A DNA stretch of 59,687 nt from NCBI GenBank assembly GCA_018813785.1, contig JAHJAU010000081.1, positions 1 to 59,687 of the forward strand. Reading direction: 5' to 3'. Origin of the DNA: Patescibacteria group bacterium (lineage in GTDB: Bacteria > Patescibacteriota > Patescibacteriia > SG8-24). Below, one piece after another: positions 55,653 to 59,687 of this stretch (within the stretch, counting starts at the first letter, position 1; each line of letters opens with the position of its first letter). Below the pieces are notes generated by a model, which had not been told where the DNA came from, ran no database searches, and saw only the letters and a list, made by a program, of their open reading frames with translations. A program made the position numbers and the translations under genes.

Positions 55653-56930
55653 TTATAGTTGTTCGTATTCACGCATGGTCAACTGCGAATTTACCTGATT
55701 GACTATCTCAATTGCCACTGATACCACGATCAACAAGCTGGAACCGCCAATCGCCATCGTTGCTGTACCAAGAGATTCTTGCATAATAATCGGCAATACC
55801 GCGATCGTTGCCAAGAAAAACGCGCCAGCCGGCATAATACGGTTGATGGTCCGCTGAATAAACTCAGCTGTTGGTCGGCCTGGACGAATACCCGGAACAT
55901 AACCTCCTTGCTTCTGAATATTATCTGCTACCCGATCCGGATGAAAAATAACGGCCGTGTAAAAATAGGTAAAACCAAATACTAAAACAAAATACAAAAT
56001 ACCGTAAAATAGCTGATTTTGAAACAATCCAATGGTTTTTAGAGACAAATCAGCCAACCATTCAGTCTTAGCCCGCGTAAATAATTGAGCCACCATGGTT
56101 GGAATCAACACAATGGAAATGGCGAAGATAATCGGTATTACACCAGCCATGTTCACCCGCAAAGGCAAGAAAGTCTGAGATCCACCAACTGACCTAGCTC
56201 CACGCATGCGCTTAGCATAAACGATGGGTACATTTCTCTGACCTTCGGTGATAAACACTACACCGGCAACAGTCAAAATCGCCAGCACGGCAAAAGCAGC
56301 CCAGTACACCACCTGTGATGAATCAAAGGTAACCAATGCCTGCTGTAGTGTAGTTGGTAGGTTGGCAATAATGCCCGCGAAGATAAGAATGGAAATACCA
56401 TTACCGATTTTCCGCTCTGAAATAAGCTCACCTAACCACATCAAGAAAATCGTTCCACAAGACATGGTAATCATCATCAACACCAGCTCAAACATGCCTA
56501 AATTTGAAGAAATTATTCCGCTACCAGCCTGTCGAAGCAGAGTGATAATACCGTAAGACTGTAGTAACGCCAGCGGCACTGTGGCCAGTCTAGTATATTG
56601 GTTTATTTTCTCCTGACCGGACTGGCCTTCTTTCTGCATCTCCTCCAGACGCGGAACTATCATCGCGAGAAGCTGAAAGATAATCGAAGCTGTAATATAA
56701 GGACCGACACCCAATGCCACCACGGAGAATGTTTCCATTGCTCCGCCGGAAAACATGTTATAAAGTCCGAGAATTTGATTTGAAGCAAAGTAATCCTTCA
56801 GGGCAACTGTGTCCACCCCAGGAATCGGTATATGCGCTGCTGCCCGAAAAAGAACGAGCATTAACAATATAAAACCAATGCTGTTCCGAAGGTCTTTGGT
56901 CTTCCAGATTTGCTGGAGAGTCTTCATCAT
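55653..56930 (-). CDS. secY: Preprotein translocase subunit SecY
   Basis: 425 aa with 10 TM segments. It has LRNSIGFILLMLVLFR..AHIPIPG, the GISILIFAGI plug/ring region, and GGYVPGIRPGRPT. Confidence 0.95.
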   Translation of the reverse strand: MMKTLQQIWKTKDLRNSIGFILLMLVLFRAAAHIPIPGVDTVALKDYFASNQILGLYNMFSGGAMETFSVVALGVGPYITASIIFQLLAMIVPRLEEMQKEGQSGQEKINQYTRLATVPLALLQSYGIITLLRQAGSGIISSNLGMFELVLMMITMSCGTIFLMWLGELISERKIGNGISILIFAGIIANLPTTLQQALVTFDSSQVVYWAAFAVLAILTVAGVVFITEGQRNVPIVYAKRMRGARSVGGSQTFLPLRVNMAGVIPIIFAISIVLIPTMVAQLFTRAKTEWLADLSLKTIGLFQNQLFYGILYFVLVFGFTYFYTAVIFHPDRVADNIQKQGGYVPGIRPGRPTAEFIQRTINRIMPAGAFFLATIAVLPIIMQESLGTATMAIGGSSLLIVVSVAIEIVNQVNSQLTMREYEQL

Positions 56931-57036
56931 AAAGAGACTTTCAATAATTGCCAGATAGCATTTGTAGTCAGACTAGCGCATAATCGCGGCGCTGACTACA
57001 GCCGTAAGGAATGATAGCACGAGAAAACAGGTGATG

Positions 57037-57483
57037 CTATTTCACTTGCCCACCCGCTTCTTCCACCGACCGACGCGCGCCGGCCGTAATGGAACACTCA
57101 TCAGAAATAATCAATTTTTTCTTTAATTTAGCTGATCCAATAATCTTCACACCGTAGCGCACCTCATCAATCAACCCAGCCTTAAGCAAGGAGGTCGGGC
57201 TGACCTCTGTTCCACTAGGAAAAATCGTAGCGACTACAGCCACGCTAACCGCTGTTGGTTTGGGTCTAAAACTCTTAAAACCACGCAACTTTGGAGTAGC
57301 CAACATGATCGATCGAAGTCCACGCAATTTCCGGCGATTTCTGCCACCGGTACGAGCAGCTTGTCCTTTGGTGCCTCGACCGGCAGTAGTACCTTTTCCA
57401 GAAGCATTGCCACGACCAACACGTTTGGACTTTCCTCTCGAGCCCGTGGATGATTTTAGGTTGTGCATTTTTAACGCTGCCAT
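57037..57483 (-). CDS. rplO: 50S ribosomal protein L15
   Basis: 148 aa. KRVGRGNASGKGTTAGRGTKGQAAR is the Gly/Arg-rich L15 N-terminus. Confidence 0.93.
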   Translation of the reverse strand: MAALKMHNLKSSTGSRGKSKRVGRGNASGKGTTAGRGTKGQAARTGGRNRRKLRGLRSIMLATPKLRGFKSFRPKPTAVSVAVVATIFPSGTEVSPTSLLKAGLIDEVRYGVKIIGSAKLKKKLIISDECSITAGARRSVEEAGGQVK

Positions 57484-57495
57484 AAATCCACTAAG

Positions 57496-58092
57496 TTAGG
57501 CTTTCTTCATATCTGAAGCCCCCTTGGCCACCACTATTGGCCTGATCTTTGATCGACCCTCTTCTCGAAGACGAGGAACTGGCTTACTCGGAACCGATTT
57601 ACTTGCACCACGCAACCCCAGTAGAGCTCGAATAGTTGCCTTGGCATTATTAATCTTGCTGTTTGAACCCATGATCTTGGCTACAATATTTGGGATACCG
57701 GCCATTTCTAAAACCACACGTGCCGCACCACCGGCTTTGATACCAGTACCTTCAGGGGCAGGTTTGATTAAAACTTGAGCCGCAGAAAACTTCATTAACA
57801 TTTCGTGTGGAATGGTGCCGTTAACTACCAAAACTTTAACCATATTCTTTCTAGCTTGATTGGAAGCCTTGGCTACACTTTGCTGAACATCAGCCCCTTT
57901 GGCTATACCATAACCAACACGCCCCTTACGATCACCGATAATGACGCAGGCACGAAATCTCATGCGCTTACCACCCTTGGTAACACGTGTCACGCGAGCC
58001 AAATCCAGAATGACGGAGTCAAACTCCTTCTTCTCTTCCGGCCTTCTTGGTCGCGGACCTCTAGTTATTTTTTCCTTGTTCTCGTTAGTCAT
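57496..58092 (-). CDS. rpsE: 30S ribosomal protein S5 (with basic N- and C-terminal extensions)
   Basis: It has the RVTRVTKGGKRMRFRACVIIGDRKGRVGYGIAKG and GTGIKAGGAARVVLEMAGI cores. 198 aa. Confidence 0.93.
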   Translation of the reverse strand: MTNENKEKITRGPRPRRPEEKKEFDSVILDLARVTRVTKGGKRMRFRACVIIGDRKGRVGYGIAKGADVQQSVAKASNQARKNMVKVLVVNGTIPHEMLMKFSAAQVLIKPAPEGTGIKAGGAARVVLEMAGIPNIVAKIMGSNSKINNAKATIRALLGLRGASKSVPSKPVPRLREEGRSKIRPIVVAKGASDMKKA

Positions 58093-58104
58093 AATCTTTC
58101 CGTA

Positions 58105-58500
58105 TTAAAACTCGAGACCGCTTTCTCGGACACCGTCAGCCAAAGCTGCCACACGACCTGTGTAAGAATATCCACCACGATCAAATACAATCTTGGTTAT
58201 GCCGGCAACTCGAGCTTTTTCGCCCAAAATCTTACCAACAGCGAAAGCTATGGAACATTTTCCGCGACGATCTTTATCGCCCTTGATGAGCTTTTCGTGT
58301 GTCTTGGCGTCCAATTCATGTTCGGTTGCAGCAACTATGGTTTTGTTGGTTTGATCATCAATAATCTGACCAGAGATGTATTTACTACTCCGAAAAACTG
58401 ACAGTCTGGGTCTTTCGACTGTACCTGAAACCTTGGCCCTCACCCGACGATGACGACTAATTCGAGACAGTCTCTTCTTTTGTGCATTTATGTCTGCCAT
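58105..58500 (-). CDS. rplR: 50S ribosomal protein L18
   Basis: RHRRVRAKVSGT..RPRLSVFRSSKYISGQIIDD...VFDRGGYSYTGRVAALADGVRESGLEF. Confidence 0.93.
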   Translation of the reverse strand: MADINAQKKRLSRISRHRRVRAKVSGTVERPRLSVFRSSKYISGQIIDDQTNKTIVAATEHELDAKTHEKLIKGDKDRRGKCSIAFAVGKILGEKARVAGITKIVFDRGGYSYTGRVAALADGVRESGLEF

Positions 58501-58586
58501 ATTTCTTAAACTATTGAGTTGTCGAGCTAATTATCAAGTGAAAACACTTAGCAGCCCCGCAATCTCAAGCTTAACAGTCTGTTACT

Positions 58587-59132
58587 TTAAGCACCGGCTT
58601 TACCCGCCTTTCCAGCTTTACGGGCAATTATCTCTTCTTGATATTTAATGCCCTTGCCTTTATAAGGTTCCGGTTTCCTGATACGTCGAATGCGCGCTGC
58701 AACCTCACCAACTACTTGCTTGTCATTACCACTCACTGTAATTATATTTTTTTCAACCGAAACATTCACTTCTTCCGGGATGACAAAGTCAACCTCATGC
58801 GAAAAACCAACATCCAACTTCAACACCTTGCCTTGAACACTTACCTTGTAGCCAATACCATTCACTTCTAATTTTTTTTCAAAACCTTGGGTGATTCCGG
58901 TCAGCATATTACTTATAAGCCGAGCGAATAACCCCCAAAGAGATCGTTGTGTAACATCGGTTTCATCGCCGATGCCAATCTGAATTTCGTTGTCTTTAAT
59001 ACCAACACTAACTAGAGGATGAATTTTCTGCTCTAGTGTTCCCTTCGGTCCTTTGACGATGATCTTGTCACCGTCCAGTTTAACTTCGGTTCCCGCTGGG
59101 ATTTGAATTGGTTTTTTTCCGACTCTGGACAT
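58587..59132 (-). CDS. rplF: 50S ribosomal protein L6
   Basis: MSRVGKKPIQIPAGTEVKLDG..I.VKGPKGTL...GIGYK...PEPYKGKGIKY. Confidence 0.93.
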   Translation of the reverse strand: MSRVGKKPIQIPAGTEVKLDGDKIIVKGPKGTLEQKIHPLVSVGIKDNEIQIGIGDETDVTQRSLWGLFARLISNMLTGITQGFEKKLEVNGIGYKVSVQGKVLKLDVGFSHEVDFVIPEEVNVSVEKNIITVSGNDKQVVGEVAARIRRIRKPEPYKGKGIKYQEEIIARKAGKAGKAGA

Positions 59133-59156
59133 AAGCCTTCTTTACTTTCGTGATCT

Positions 59157-59549
59157 TTAATAGATCTCGCACAGCACCTCGCCGCCCAATCTACGTTTTC
59201 GGGCTTCCCCATTGGTCATAATACCTTGCGAGGTTGAAATGATGGCGATACCGTGATCAGACCTGACCCGCGGTAGAGAACGACAACCAGCGTACTCCCG
59301 GCGGCCAGGTTTAGAAATGCGCTTGATATTACTAACAGCAGCAGCACCACCCTGGTCATATTTGAGAACAATGCGAATTTCGCCGAACCCAGTATCGACC
59401 TTTTCAATTGCGGATGCAAAACCTTCGCTCGCGAGAATCTTCGCGATCGCGAATTTCATATTAGAATACGGGATGCTTACTTCAGGCTTTTTAACCCGAT
59501 AAGCATTTCGTATTCTTGTCAGCATGTCGGAGATAGGATCTGTTATCAT
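59157..59549 (-). CDS. rpsH: 30S ribosomal protein S8
   Basis: MITDPISDMLTRIRNA...STSQGIMT...RRLGGEVLCEIY. Confidence 0.93.
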   Translation of the reverse strand: MITDPISDMLTRIRNAYRVKKPEVSIPYSNMKFAIAKILASEGFASAIEKVDTGFGEIRIVLKYDQGGAAAVSNIKRISKPGRREYAGCRSLPRVRSDHGIAIISTSQGIMTNGEARKRRLGGEVLCEIY

Positions 59550-59570
59550 ATAAGATTCTCTCCTTTCTTC

Positions 59571-59687
59571 TTACCAAGAAGCCTTTCTTATGCCTGGAAT
59601 TTCTCCATTCCTGGCCATTTCTCTAAAACAAATGCGGCACAATTCAAAATCTCTTATATAGCCATGACGACGCCCGCATTTCCAGCA
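59571..59687 (-). CDS. rpsN: 30S ribosomal protein S14 type Z, C-terminal part (partial, continues beyond window end)
   Basis: The reverse complement reads [38 protein letters not shown], the zinc-ribbon S14 C-terminus. Stop codon is at 59571-59573. Confidence 0.85.
   Translation of the reverse strand, partial: CWKCGRRHGYIRDFELCRICFREMARNGEIPGIRKASW

Noticed and set aside
1-59687. Search for mobile-element, CRISPR-Cas, restriction-modification, toxin-antitoxin or other defence gene signatures, and for rRNA genes
   Set aside because: Reading all ORF translations, I found no transposase (DDE), tyrosine or serine recombinase, Cas, methyltransferase/endonuclease or typical toxin motifs. No rRNA-like conserved segments were seen either. 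Absence is judged by eye only, so an HMM scan would be needed to be definitive.

Overview
A 59.7-kb, gene-dense, moderately AT-rich bacterial window that reads cleanly under the standard code, with TGA used as a stop. Gene content points to a small-genome Candidate Phyla Radiation / Patescibacteria-type organism. The pointers are an spc ribosomal operon with no L30 gene between S5 and L15, pilin-like membrane modules fused to huge extracellular proteins, a GAD-less AspRS, and many basic tails on housekeeping proteins. This lineage call is inference.

Most of the window is housekeeping:
- Translation: rpmI(partial)-rplT, rpsU, hisS, aspS, asnS, pth, der, ybaK-like, map.
- Division and envelope: ftsZ, ftsA, lepB, an LCP protein, an S11 D,D-carboxypeptidase.
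- DNA metabolism: nrdR, dprA, topA, parAB, scpAB, recO, ruvX.
- Other: pyk, dgkA, ybeY, yqeY, a short Rel/SpoT, adk, secY.
- The S14-S8-L6-L18-S5-L15 block and five tRNAs (Asp-GTC, Val-CAC, Leu-CAA, an elongator-type CAT, an initiator-type CAT), all with encoded CCA.

Non-housekeeping content worth attention:
1. A cassette of about 750 bp at roughly two-thirds G+C (702-1268 ORF) sits next to tRNA-Asp.
2. A co-directional surface-protein cluster of about 15 kb (8623-23607) holds a 3,345-aa ORF and a 746-aa ORF that share a VirB2/TrbC-like pilin N-terminal module. Three small Cys-module/TSP3 membrane proteins follow them.
3. A 1,181-aa protein carries 14 tandem blade-like repeats.
4. A presenilin/SPP-type intramembrane aspartyl protease is inserted between secY and adk.
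5. A GC-rich, highly self-complementary spacer downstream of secY contains a perfect 30-nt direct repeat.
6. A 28-nt intergenic motif is present twice.

I saw no rRNA, CRISPR array, transposase, integrase or recognisable defence genes.
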